The position numbers and the translations under genes are program-made. Shown here in pieces: positions 35,870 to 48,890 of a stretch of DNA of 51,430 bases. The notes under the pieces are model-generated. The model did no database searches, was not told the origin of the DNA, and was given only the letters and a program-made list of their open reading frames with translations. Location: positions 1 to 51,430 of the forward strand of contig NW_021834962.1 of assembly GCF_006345805.1 (NCBI RefSeq), in the 5' to 3' direction. Within the stretch, counting starts at the first letter, position 1; each line of letters begins with the position of its first letter. This stretch comes from Octopus sinensis (lineage: Eukaryota).

Positions 35870-36667
35870 ATGTACACATGTATACATACATACACACACA
35901 TACAAACATATATACATATAACATACACACATACATACACACACATATATATATACATATATATACACTTACACATACACATACATATACATATCTACAC
36001 ATACACATATATGTATACATACACACACTCACATGCATACACGTATACACAATGTATATATACACACACGACCTCACATACATATACGCACAGAAAAATA
36101 TATATACACTACACACACATACTCACATACACGCATACACACACATATCCACACACAACATGCACACACAGCACACTAGTCCCTATATACACATATATAC
36201 ACATACACACACATATACACACACATACATACATATACATACATGTATATATATACATATGTGTACCTATGCAAACCTACACATACACACATATATATAC
36301 ACATACAAATACAGACCCCATTCCCTAATTTTAATTTTATTATTTCGTTTATTACTTTTGTTATCTTTTGGCCGCTTGGTCACAAACATCTTGGCTATGA
36401 CAGCCAGTCCATTTATCTGTCTACTGGAAAACAAGCACTCATTCACTCACGCACACTCTTTAGCACGTACTCTCACTCATTCGTACACTCATACACATCA
36501 CGCACGCACGCGTTATATTCATACATACATCCATCTACATACATTCACGTATATACACATACGTACGCGTACCTACAGATTTATGTCTACACTCTTAGAA
36601 GGCTAGTCTATATATATACACCAATAAATATAAATACACACACATACATATACACCTACATACAAAT

Positions 36668-36712
<45 letters not shown>

Positions 36713-37370
36713 CATACATATATACACATATATACACACACACACATATATACACACACATACGCATACACACACATATACATATATATACACTACACGC
36801 ACATACACATGTACATGCGTACCCATACACACACACACACACGCGCGCATCCATATATACACATAAGTACACACATGCGTAAAAGTATGCATATATCTAT
36901 GCTTACACATACCACACACACACGCGCCTCCTTATATTCATACTTACATGCATTACTCAAAAATAAGTAAATAGTAAAATATATATACGCGCAGTTATTC
37001 GTACATGCATACTCAAAAATAAATAATAATATTAGTTATGTACGTGCAGTTACCTATTATATAGACGGATACATACATATAAACTTACACACAGATATAT
37101 ATATATATATTATATACATATACATACATATATACACATACACATACACATACACATATACATACATATATATGACACACCCACATAACATACATATATA
37201 CATAATATACATACTTACATACACCATGTACATATAAATACACACATAGATACTCTACGTACCTACATATGCATAAACACACGAGCGTACGCGCATATGT
37301 ACATATACACATACACCGACACCGCATATATACATACATACACATACACAATGTATACACACAACACACA

Positions 37371-37401
<31 letters not shown>

Positions 37402-38185
37402 ACATCCACATACACATATATATAATATATATATCTCCCTATACCACATTACATATATATATTATACATACACACATATACATATAATTATATGACACAC
37501 ACACACACATACTCACACATACATCGCACACCTATTCCTCCAATACATACACAGTACACATATACATATACATATACACTACACACACATATTACATGTT
37601 GCAAACATACATACATTCTCATACAAGCAGACACACTTACATTTTACATAGTATACCACCTTACACACATATATACTACACAATACATACATACATACAT
37701 ACATACGTATATGCATACTAACAACACACACACACATACATATATAATATATACATACATACATAAACACATACACACTATACCCTACATAATATCTACA
37801 CCTATACATATACACTGCACATACTTATATCTCTACATACTCGCAATATACATATATAAATATATAATATAATAATTTACATATACACACAACATACATA
37901 TCCTATATACATGTATATATACAACAACAACACATCCCATATATACACATCTACAATTTGTATCTACACTCACATACCTGCAACATACACATAACTCTAC
38001 ATACCTACATATACATCGACAGACGCGTACACTCATATATATACACATATATACATATACACACACACATACATATACATATACTATACATACATATACA
38101 TAAAACATACACATACATAATACACATATACACACACATCATATGGCATATATAATTATATATATATATATATATGCACACACAC

Positions 38186-38220
<35 letters not shown>

Positions 38221-38285
38221 GCATACATACATACATACATACACATATACATACATGTACATATACACATCAACCCACAATATTA
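35870..38285. repeat. 2.4-kb degenerate, strand-biased CA/TA low-complexity tract
   Basis: Plus strand is almost entirely A, C and T (TACACA/CATATA mixtures) with short semi-unique islands; source of many H/T/Y/I ORFs. Confidence 0.9.
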
Positions 38286-38304
38286 CACCACACTACATAT
38301 ATCA

Positions 38305-38659
38305 ACAATTGAGGGTAAAGTTAATTAGTTATTAATCAATTTCACCAAGTATTCAGTATGTAAAAGGACCATTATTTTATGAGTAAACAATGTCTGAGGG
38401 AAAAATATTCTCTAAGTAGTGGAAGAGCTAAAAAACTTTTTTTTATTTTTTCTATCTATTTAACAATGACTCCTTGACCACTCCCCCAAGTATGATTTTT
38501 GCGCTATGCCTACCCCCAAAAAAGTCCCCCACCAACCACCCCGTTAAACCTGCCTAAATGTATAATGCCAATACAATTCTTGTTAACTAGCTTCCTGAAG
38601 ATTTCTCTTGAATGAACAGTTCTAGTCCTGTAGAAGCTCCTTCTATATAATAAATTAAT
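38305..38659 (+). mobile_element. pLTR-like repeat with degenerate H4 hammerhead (38589-38638)
   Basis: AGCTTC-CTGAAGA-TTTCTCTTGAAT-GAA-CAG-TTCTAGTC-CTG-TA-GAAGCT (one core A missing); 38437-38659 is the inverted copy of 35526-35760. Confidence 0.75.
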
Positions 38660-38721
38660 TTTACTCTGCTATGTATTGAGTACCTTATTTACTGTGGTTA
38701 ACCCCGAATCAACCCGGGACC

Positions 38722-38797
<76 letters not shown>

Positions 38798-39848
38798 TAT
38801 CATATACATATATATATATATAATATTATATATATATATATAGACTAGTGCAGATGTGTGGATGTTCATTTATGTACAGACACATGTATTGTGTATATGC
38901 GTATGTATTTGAATGCACGTATGTACATAAGTATATATGTATGTTCGTGTGCGTATATATGTGTGTGCATGCTGCAATATTTGTAAATTGAACATCTCAT
39001 CTACACACACACCACACACACACACAAAGTAGCCCAGTCACACTCTTTATGCATTCATACAAGCGTAAGTGCATGTTTGTGTTTGTATGTGTATGTGTGT
39101 GTAATAACAATCTTCAATTTGAAGTTTTCCCACTTTCAAATTACTCTCTGGACATAGCAAAGGCAATTCAATATATTAGCTAAATTCGTTCTGTATATTT
39201 GTTCTGAGCTTCTCTTAGCTAATTTATACTTCTTACTTCCAGCGACCACCCCGTTCGAGTGCAGCGCCGTCTGGCATGAAATGAAGTAATGAAAAAGAAC
39301 GAAAATATAAAGCATATAAAGTAGCCATATATATATATATATCGAGAGAGAAAGAGAGGAAATGGAGGGGAGAGTGGGAGAGGGAGATATGATGATGGTG
39401 ATAATGATGATGATGATGATGACTGAGATGATGGCTGTCCACTGTTGTCCATAGAAGGCTATCAGTGACCATTGCCTCTGCAATACCAGCAACGCCCGTG
39501 CATGCGATAAATACATCAGCAGTCGGCTTCCCCGGGTTCGCGTACTTTCCTCGTATGCATGTTTCGGCGTCCTCCTACTCGACCTGGCATATGTTAGTTG
39601 CCACGCCAGGAATGTGAAAATGCCATGATTGCAAGCGCGAACGGAAGATCCAAAAATGTTCAATGCCATTCGCTAAACACAAGTTTCGTCTTCGAGAGAT
39701 GTGTTTTAACAAAAGCTAAGAAGTACGTCGCTCACAGTAGTCTTCCAGCACTTTGGACACAAAGCCTGAATTTCTGAGGGTTTGTGCTGTTGCTAGTCTT
39801 TGGACCTACACAAGATTCATCCGTCCTTTATATATATATATATATATA

Positions 39849-39893
<45 letters not shown>

Positions 39894-39963
39894 TGGTGTG
39901 TGTGTGTATATGTCTGTTTGTAGTATTCTGTTTTATGTATATGTATATATTATATATCTATAG

Positions 39964-40046
<83 letters not shown>

Positions 40047-40049
<3 letters not shown>

Positions 40050-40610
40050 CATGCAGGAAGTAAATAGACACCTTTAATTTTCAAAATTTTTGATCTAAGC
40101 GTTTTAATGTTTTCAGCGGCGAAGAATTTACAATGTAATTATTCTTTTTCATTCCAGGTGCCATTATATTAAACATTTGCGAAGAGTAACCGTGCTACGC
40201 ACAAAAAATTCATCAGAACTGTCAGATTTTAAAAGAGGTCGTATTGTTGGGCAATCTGAAGCTGGTCTTAGCCAGAGAAAAATTGCCGAAAATCTTCAAA
40301 TTCCTCTCGCTACTGTTAATAGAATTATAGTGCAATTCAAAAGCCAAGGAAAAGTATCAACAGATTCTCGTCCCGGCCGATCAGGGTCCTCGGAAAGGAA
40401 GCTTCGTTGTTTGAATACAATTGTGGAAAACGAACCCCGTTCGAGGGCTTCTGACATTGCAAAACAGCTAGAAGTTAGCCCAAGAATGCGTGTTACATAT
40501 TTGCGTAAGCTACATATGGACGAGTAGCTAAAAGAAAACCTCTCCTTCAACCAATTAATATCAAAGATTTTGAAAATTAAAGGTGTCTACTTACTTTCTG
40601 CATGTCTGTG
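40047..40610 (+). mobile_element. Internally deleted Tc1-like element retaining only the DNA-binding domain
   Basis: TIR of at least 45 bp: GACATGCAGGAAGTAAATAGACACCTTTAATTTTCAAAATTTTTGA / reverse complement at 40561-40610, followed by TA. ORF 40177-40527 [43 protein letters not shown] is a paired-like HTH with a GRP-like linker. Confidence 0.85.
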
Positions 40611-40846
40611 TATATATAACTGAACTATTTTGCAACTGAAGATGGCGCTGTATTTCAAATCGATGTAATGTTTGCATTGTTCCATTAAATAGAGCCTCCT
40701 GAAACGGCCGTATTGCATTAATGCCTTGACATCCTTGTAATTTATTAGCTTTTTCTTCACTTTGAATCTTGCGGATAATCAAGTACCTTATTCAACTGAA
40801 TCTGATTTATTTCTTATATATATATATATATATATACTAAAAAAAG

Positions 40847-41124
40847 ACTCCGCCGGTTACGACGACGAGGGTCCCAGCTGATACGATCAACGGAACAGCT
40901 TGCTCGTGAAATTAACGTGCAAATGGCTGAGCATTCCACAGACACGTGTACCCTTAACGTAGTTCTCGGGATATCAGCGTGACACAGAGAGTGACAAGGC
41001 TGACCTTTTGAAATACAAGTACAACTCATTTTTGCCAGCTGAGTGGACTGGAGCAACGTGAATCGAACTCACAACCTTACGATCATGAGCCGAATGCCCT
41101 AACCACTAAGCCACGCGCCCTCAC
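40847..41124 (-). mobile_element. SINE family C with internal deletion
   Basis: Head GGGCGCGTGGCTTAGTGGTTAGGG..GTGAGTTCGATT; body matches 12697-13000. Confidence 0.85.
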
Positions 41125-41514
41125 ATATATATACTACTGCTACGTTTATACAAGAGTGCCGTAACAGCTGTAAATATGTTTCAATTCAATTGCACATGTT
41201 TGTGAGTTACCCTCTGCAGAATGTTACACATTACTGCTTTTGTTCCTTGAATCCTGCCCTAATCGGCCTATTCCTCCTTTCCTATCCCATTTTTACCCCA
41301 TCCTCCACACCTACACATTGCTAACACTATTTCCATCTCCCTCTCTTTCTCTCTTCTTCTTCTCTTGTTCACATACATGACATCAAGCCTAGACTCATAT
41401 TTATATTTATAAACTCTCTGTGAATATATATTTATAAACATTATATGAATTTTTTGCGTAATGAGATAAAAAAAACCAAGGCTGTATAGATATTAGAGCA
41501 TTTATAGATAGAAG

Positions 41515-41566
41515 GTCTTACAGCTGCTTCTAGAAAATTAATTAATAATATCCCTTCATCGGAGAG
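41515..41566 (-). ncRNA. Degenerate hammerhead motif (family H1), probably inactive
   Basis: CCGATGA-AGGGATATT..-GAAG-CAGCTG-TA-AGAC; flanks are homologous to 621-730; two core substitutions. Confidence 0.45.
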
Positions 41567-41690
41567 GAAAAATTAAGTTATAGTTTCGATGTGATACAAA
41601 TAGAAGGTGAGGTGGAGGAGAGAAAGTGGATGTAAGATATGTGTGGTTATTGAGTTCATTAATTCGTTTTATAGGCATAGTTGTATATAC

Positions 41691-42101
41691 TCTCTCTTTT
41701 ACTCTTTTACTTGTTTCAGTCATTTGACTGCGGCCATGCTGGAGCATCACCTTTAATCGAGCAACTCGACCCCGGGCTTATTCTTTGTAAGCCCAGTACT
41801 TATTCTAATCGGTCTCTTTTTTTGCCGAACCGCTAAGTGACGGGACATAACACACCAGCATCGGTTGTCAAGCAATGCTAGGGGGACAAACACAGACACA
41901 CAAACACACACACATACATATATATATATACATATATACGACGGACGTCTTTCAGTTTTCGTCTACCAAATCCACTCACAAGGCTTTGGTCGGCCCGAGG
42001 CTATAGTAGAAGACACTTGCCCAAGGTGCCATGCAATGGGACTGAACCCGGAACCATGTGGTTGGTAAACAAGCTACTTACCACACAGCCACTCCTGCGC
42101 C
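41691..42101 (-). mobile_element. SINE family A, full length, young
   Basis: Complete head GGCGCAGGAGTGGCTGTGTGG, body and (GTAAAAGA)n tail; possible TSD TGTATATA (low complexity). Confidence 0.92.
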
Positions 42102-42383
42102 TGTATATATGTGTAATATTCCAATATCCTTTGAGTAAAATCCAAAAGTCCATCCAGATGTAAAATTTATAAGCAATGTAAGATTCTCTTAAAGTTAGTC
42201 ATTCCCAGTAGGGAATTTATATAGAATGTAGCAGATACGAGGTTTTTGTTTATTCGCAATATTACCGAATCTGGAACTTAACGAAGGTCTATCTATAGCA
42301 CTTATTCAGCATTACCTGACACCTTTGGGTCTCAAAGACACCATTATCTCTAATAACCTCAACTTCTCGCTAATATAAACATT

Positions 42384-42442
<59 letters not shown>

Positions 42443-42480
42443 AATTGATGTAATGCTAACATTGTTCGATTAAATGACCA

Positions 42481-42608
42481 TGTGTCTGTGTTCAGTTTCA
42501 CTGTACCCGGAACAATACACCTGCGGCTATGTATGTGTGTGTGAAGATAGATGATAAATAGACAGATATATGTTATATGTATATGTATATAAATATATTA
42601 TATATATA

Positions 42609-42662
<54 letters not shown>

Positions 42663-42863
42663 TTAGATATATAGTCAAGACAAGATCAAACCCAAAATTA
42701 TTTTGAGTTTGGTTTGTCTTAGCGAGTTCATAAACTAATAAAATCTCTAATAATGGATTATCCAGAATTCTGACTGCCCTGCGCTTTTTTCTAAATATAC
42801 AATATCTGTACACCACTTTAAACACTTTATGCATATATATGTATATATATATCATATATATAT

Positions 42864-42907
<44 letters not shown>

Positions 42908-42935
42908 TATATACATACATATATACATATTATAC

Positions 42936-42973
<38 letters not shown>

Positions 42974-43056
42974 ATAATATATATATATTCATATATTTAT
43001 ATATATTCTTATATATGTATCTATATATATATATATATATATGGTGTATATATATA

Positions 43057-43095
<39 letters not shown>

Positions 43096-43653
43096 TATAT
43101 ATATGATCAAAAGGACAAGAACGCAAAATATCTGGACAGTTAGGTGATACAAAAAAGGGACACAAAATATCCAGATAGACGATACAAAGAAAAAGAGGAC
43201 GGGTCATTCGAAGTTTTTTTCCTCGGTCAAGTACCAATTATCCTCGCAATTTCGGCTGATTAGTCTATATATAGATATATATATATTATATATATATATA
43301 TTATATATAATATATATATAAGAGAGAGAGAGAGAGAGGGAGGGAGGAAGAGAAGAGAGAGAGAGACTATTCTATATAACGTCTTAACGTATGTATTTCA
43401 TTGAAAAGTCAGAAGCTACGGATTTTCGTAGGAGAAATTCCCTATATAGACGTTTTGTATAGAAAAAATATAGTATACCACCGGAAGTGACTGCAAGTTT
43501 AAGACATAGGTACTTCGCCGTTGTTGAGGCTTGTCAGTGTGGTGATATTGAATCGGCTGATCGGGAGTAAATAGAAATGAAGACTAAATATATATACGTA
43601 TGTATCTATCTATATCTACTTATCTATTTATCTATTTGTCTAATATATCTTCA

Positions 43654-43700
<47 letters not shown>

Positions 43701-43751
43701 TATAACCGCAGGTGTATTCTTCCGGGTACAGTGGAACTGAACACGGACACA
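42481..43751. repeat. Inverted ~49-bp repeat pair (42481-42529 / 43703-43751) bracketing TA-rich tracts
   Basis: TGTGTCTGTGTTCAGTTTCACTGTACCCGGAACAATACACCTGCGGCTA vs TAACCGCAGGTGTATTCTTCCGGGTACAGTGGAACTGAACACGGACACA. Confidence 0.8.
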
Positions 43752-43855
43752 TAGACACCGGGTCAACCAAACCCTTGTGTTTGGATGTGGCAGAAGGAAA
43801 GAGAAAGAAGCCCATATGTATAAATATATGTACGTGTGTGTGTGCGTGTGTGTGT

Positions 43856-43879
<24 letters not shown>

Positions 43880-43892
<13 letters not shown>

Positions 43893-44280
43893 TGTTTGTC
43901 TCCGTCTTTGTGTCTTTGATTGTGCCCCACCACCACTTCACAACCAGTGTCATTGTGTTTGCGTTGTAGTGACATAGAGGTTTAACCAAAGTGACCGATA
44001 AAATAAGTACCGGCTGTTTATAAACTAAGTGCTTCGCTCAATTCGTTTGACCAAAATTCTTCAAGATGGTGCCTCAGCGGAGTCGCAGTTTGTGTGTGTG
44101 TGTCTGTGTGTGTGTATGTTTGTGTCTGATTGTCTGTCTGTTTGTCTGCTGTCTGTATACAACCACGAGTGTTTCAGTTGATGCGATCAACGGAACTGCC
44201 TGCTCGTGAAATTAACGTGCAAGTGGATGAGGACTCCTCAGACACGCATCCCCTTAACGTAGTTCTGAGGGAGATTCAAA
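43880..44280. mobile_element. Degenerate SINE-A 3' half (+, about 43880-44085) and SINE-C fragment (-, 44157-44280)
   Basis: GACCGATAAAATAAGTACC..GGTGCCTCAGC; GATCAACGGAACTGCCTGCTCGTGAAATTAACGTGCAAGTGG. Confidence 0.65.
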
Positions 44281-44641
44281 AGAAAGACAGACAGAAGTTG
44301 TTAGAAAACTTTGAGAGAAATGGGGTTAGGAAGAAGTGGAGGGAAGAAAGAGAAGGAGATCAATGAGGAGAGATGATGACTGAGAGATTGAGAAGGGGAA
44401 GGAGAGAGAGAAGGGAGAGAAAGGGAGGGCTGTCAGAATAGAGAGTGATAGTGAAAGATGTTGATAATGGAGAAGAATGAAGGTAGTGAAAGGGAAGGGA
44501 GAAAAGGTGGAAGAAAGAGATTGGTTAGAGAGAGAGAGAGAGAGAGATCTAAGATAGATGAGCATAGTCACATGCAAAAATGGAGGCGAATTAGCAATAA
44601 TTATAATGACAATAACAACAAAAACAATAATTTTGAAGATT

Positions 44642-44747
44642 GCAAGGATGACGACACGACCACCACGACCACCACTCATGATTAAAAGTGATTTTAAGAA
44701 AAAGAGCCGAAGAGCAGCGAAAACATACAAACTATACATATATATAT

Positions 44748-44778
<31 letters not shown>

Positions 44779-45847
44779 CGCGAGAAAGAAGCAACAAGAA
44801 TGGATAGGTTTTAGTACAATCGTTTCATACAAGGACAGCTTTATTAATGTTCAAAATTACAGCATATAAACGTGTCCCGTACTCATCAGCTCAAAATACA
44901 TGTGAATTCTCTAGACATCCTAGTGGTTGGGGCTATACTCATGAAGTAATGTAGATAATTAAGTAACATAAACAGATTTCCAAAGTTCATTAAAGTTCTT
45001 TAAAGATGATGTACAGTCTTATCACAGAATTTTACAAAAGTTTTAATAGCATCACAGAGAAGGTTGACCTAATCCATAGTGCACATATGAATTTCCAGAG
45101 ATATGAGGAGGGATTACATACTCACAGACGACAATTTATCCATTGTTAATCACACGAGGTGGGTCTCAATTCCTGCTTATTAGCATTACAGAGAGAGGTG
45201 AATTAATCCTTTGTATAGATGCACAATTTCCAATGGTGTAGATGTAAATTTCTCTGGAAATTTACATCTACACCATTGGAAATTGTGCATCTATACAAAG
45301 GATTAATTCACCCTCTCTGTAATGCTAATAAGCAGGAATTGAGACCCACCTCGTTGTGATTACAATGGATAAATTTGTCGTCTGTGAGTATGTAATCCCT
45401 CCTCATATCTCTGGAAATTCATATGTGCACTATGGATTAGGTCACCTTCTCTGTGATGCTATTAAAACTTTTTTAAATTCGTGATAAGACTGTACATCAT
45501 CTTTAAAGAACTTTAATGAACTTTGGAAATCGTTTATGTTACTTAATTATCTACATTACTTCATGAGTATAGCCCCAACCACTAGGATGTCTAGAGAACT
45601 CACATGTATTTTAGCTGATGAGTACGGGACACGTTTATATGCTGTAATTTTTGCAACATTTAATAAGCCTGTCCTTGTATGAAACGATTGTACTAAAAAC
45701 CTATCCATTCTTGTTGCTTCTTTCTCGCTTATAATCACCCCACATTACTGTATTGTTAAAACAGTATAGTTTTTTTTTGGTGCATCTAAGTTAGGTACCA
45801 TTCAAGTAAATTCATTTAAATTAACTTGAATCTTTATTGCTTTTTGA

Positions 45848-45897
<50 letters not shown>

Positions 45898-46458
45898 GGA
45901 TGTATGTATGTATATATATATATATATATATCTATATATATATATATATATATTCATATAACCGGATGTATATATATATATATAAATATATACCAGGATG
46001 AAGAATAAATAAAATCTAAATAAAATCTAAAGAAATAAGCTGAAAAACAATATATAAATAACGAAATCAAATATAACAAATAGACGCAAAAAGCCCAGAT
46101 AAATAATTAGAAATAAAAAAAGGCATTAAAAATCCTTAAACTAAATGGAAAGGATGTCGACACGACCACCACGACCACCACTCATGATTAAAAGTAATTT
46201 CAAGAAAAAGAGCCGAAGAGCATCGAAAACATACAAACATATACATACATATACATGTGTGTGTGTGTGTGTGTGTGTATATAACCGGATGTATATATAT
46301 ATATATATATATACCAGGATGAATAAATAAATAAAATCTAAAATATCTAAATAAATAAACTGAAAAATAACGAAATCAAATATAACAAATACAAAAAGCC
46401 CAGATAAATAATTACAAATTAAAAAAAGGCATTGAAAATCCTCAAATTAAATGGAAAG
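44642..46458 (+). repeat. Local direct duplications: X (44642-44745 = 46149-46250) and Y (45961-46150 = 46283-46458)
   Basis: AAGGATG.CGACACGACCACCACGACCACCACTCATGATTAAAAGT and ACCGGATG(TA)nCCAGGATGAA..AAAAAGCCCAGATAAATAATTA..AAATGGAAAG each occur twice, with substitutions. Confidence 0.85.
44780..45728. repeat. 949-bp fold-back palindrome (arms ~473 bp, 4-nt loop at 45253-45256)
   Basis: Manual alignment of the arms shows about 15 single-base indels and about 2 substitutions. Confidence 0.95.
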
Positions 46459-46782
46459 CTTTTGAGTTATTTTTGGTATTGTTTTTTTTTTTTTTTGAGG
46501 GGGTGTCTTTTGTTTTAAACTTCTTCTTAATTACCTTCTCCCAAAATAAACTGAGCAATTAACAATTAACAAACCATAACGCAATCTGATGATTATTCAT
46601 TAGAATTATTTGATGATTGGTTTAGAAAACGGCGAAGCAGTTCGACCGACTCATAGCGCCTCCTGCACAACCTTCATCGAGTCCCATCGGTTGTGAAATG
46701 CAAAAGAAATTGCTTTTTTTTAATTCAATAATAATAATAATTGTAATAATAATAATAATGATTATGATGATGATGATGATGA

Positions 46783-47426
46783 TGGTTTCAAATTTTGCCA
46801 CAAGGGTAGCCATTTTAGAGGAGAGGTAAATCGATTATTTCGATCCCGTAAAGGTAAAAGCCAAAGTCGACCTCGGCGGAACTTGAACTCAGAACGTAGA
46901 GACGGACGAAATGTCGCTAAGCATTTAACCTAGTGTGCTAACGATTCTGCCAGCTCGCCGCCTTAGTAATAATAAAGATAATGGTTACAAAGTTTGCCAC
47001 AAAGGCAGCAATTTGGTGGGAAGGGAATAGTCGACGCATCACCCACCAGTGTTTCAACTGGTACTTGATTTATCGACCCCAAAAAGATAAAAAGCAAAGT
47101 CGACCTCAGCGAAATTTGAACTCAGATCGCAGAGATTGGCGGAATACCGCTGAGCATTTCGTCCAGCTCACTAACGATACTGCCAGCTCGCCGCCTTAAT
47201 AATAATTATTATTATTTTAAATATTTGCCACAAGGGCAGTTTGTGGGAAATGGGGATGAGTTGATTACATCGACCCCAGTGTTCAACTGGTACTTATTTT
47301 ATCGACCCCGAAAGGATGAAAGAGAAAGTCGACCTCGGCAGAATTTGAACTCAGAGCGTAGCGACGGGCGAGATGCCGCTAAACATTTCGTCCCTTGCGC
47401 TAACGAATCTGCTCGCTCGCCGCCTT
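46783..47426 (-). mobile_element. Three head-to-tail SINE-B monomers (46783-46964, 46981-47197, 47215-47426) separated by (AAT)n
   Basis: Each has a CTCGCCGCCTT head end, a B core and a GCCACAA tail; mutually diverged. Confidence 0.9.
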
Positions 47427-47427
47427 G

Positions 47428-47468
<41 letters not shown>

Positions 47469-48255
47469 TTGATATATTCTTAGGCATTCAACTTCTATTT
47501 TAAATCACACGACACCACGCCACTTAGACCGATATAAAATAAGCGCAATGAAAACTCATTTACCTACATTAGGTTTATGTGGTATAAAGTTGTTGTTGCT
47601 TTATAATTAAAATAATGACACTTATTTTTATTATTTTACTTTGAAGTTAATGAATGTGTTATTTAGGAGCTCGTGAGTATCAGAAAAGCTATGGTTACTT
47701 TGCAAATTCAGTGCTTTGTGCCGTATTTGTGCGGGCTTAAACCATAGAGAAATGCAGTTTTGTGTTTTGGTCTTTTGTGTTCGGTTCCTGTTCGGAGGAA
47801 TAAAAAGTTTTTATATTTTGATGTTTGCAGTTAGGCAATTAAAAAACGGATATTTATGTGCATGACTGACTCTGCGGTATCTGTAGAGGACGGCTCTCAG
47901 AATTGACTCTTTAAGTTATGAGTTCAAATCCTGCCCATATTAATACGAAGTTAATAAAATAAAGTACCAATCAGATACTAAGGTCAATGGTATCAACTGA
48001 ACTCCCCCAAAATAGCTGTAGTTGTATCTAAGTTAATGTTAGTAGCATTTAAGTCTCTTCAAAAGAATCTAAATACTGAAAGGGGAAATGCAGACATTAA
48101 AGCAAAAAAGCAGTTAAACGCACAGGTATATTTTCAAAAGTGACTATTCACACCTTAGCATAAATAGGATTCACTAACAATTTTGCTAGTGTTGCTAGCC
48201 AGAAGGATGCACTGGATCTAAACTGATTCCAGGAAGCAAAGAGACTTGGTAGTCA

Positions 48256-48456
48256 TATGTTACAAAGGAGAGTGCCGCTTTCTTGAGCTGTTCCTTCTTA
48301 AACGAGCAAGAAGGGAAGTAACATGACTCTGTCATGGAATAATAGGGGAGGGTTTATTTACATGTTACAAAGGGGAGTGCCACTTTCTTGAGCTGTTCAT
48401 TCTTGAACGAGCAAGAACATAGCTCTGTCATGGAAAAATAGGGAAGGGTTTATTTA
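48256..48456. repeat. Tandem duplication of a ~100-bp unit containing an imperfect stem-loop
   Basis: ATGTTACAAAGG.GAGTGCC.CTTTCTTGAGCTGTTC.TTCTT.AACGAGCAAGAA..CTCTGTCATGGAA.AATAGGG.AGGGTTTATTTAC occurs twice. Confidence 0.9.
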
Positions 48457-48649
48457 CATGTCCCAAAATAACAGTCGAGAGAAGCCCAATTCGATGTGAG
48501 GAAGGTGAACATTCCCATCAACAGTTGCACGACACATGCACAAAATTATCTACAAGATAGTAGCACGAAAGTACTGAGTGATGGAATACAAGGGTAACGG
48601 CTAGAGTCAGTGCTAGTTACTTTGATCCTTTGCATGAGTGCACGTGTGT

Positions 48650-48890
48650 GTGTGTGTGTACGTGTGTGTGTGTGTGTGTGTGTGTGTCATTGAGTCTATG
48701 TTTGTCTCACCAGCACAACTTGATAAACGGTGCTGGGTTCTTTTCCTCCCACTAACCTAGCGGTTCGACAAAAGAGAACAGTAGAAGAAATACCAAACTT
48801 TAAAAAAAAATAAGTACTGGGCTGGATTTATTTGATTAAAAGGTGGCGTCCCAACATGGTCGTGGTTTGAATGAGTGAAATAAGTAAAAA
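48650..48890 (+). mobile_element. SINE family A, degenerate 3' half
   Basis: TAGCGGTTCGACAAAAGAGA..AATAAGTACTGGG..GGTGGCGTCCCAACATGG..GAAATAAGTAAAAA. Confidence 0.6.

Noticed and set aside
45612-45640. CTGATGAGTACGGGACAC in the palindrome arms as a hammerhead (mirror at 44870-44890)
   Set aside because: No GAAA and no stem I complement.
47720-47750. CCGTATTTGTGCGG hairpin then CCATAG as a Helitron 3' end
   Set aside because: Weak hairpin, no exact CTRR, and no 5' TC end identified.
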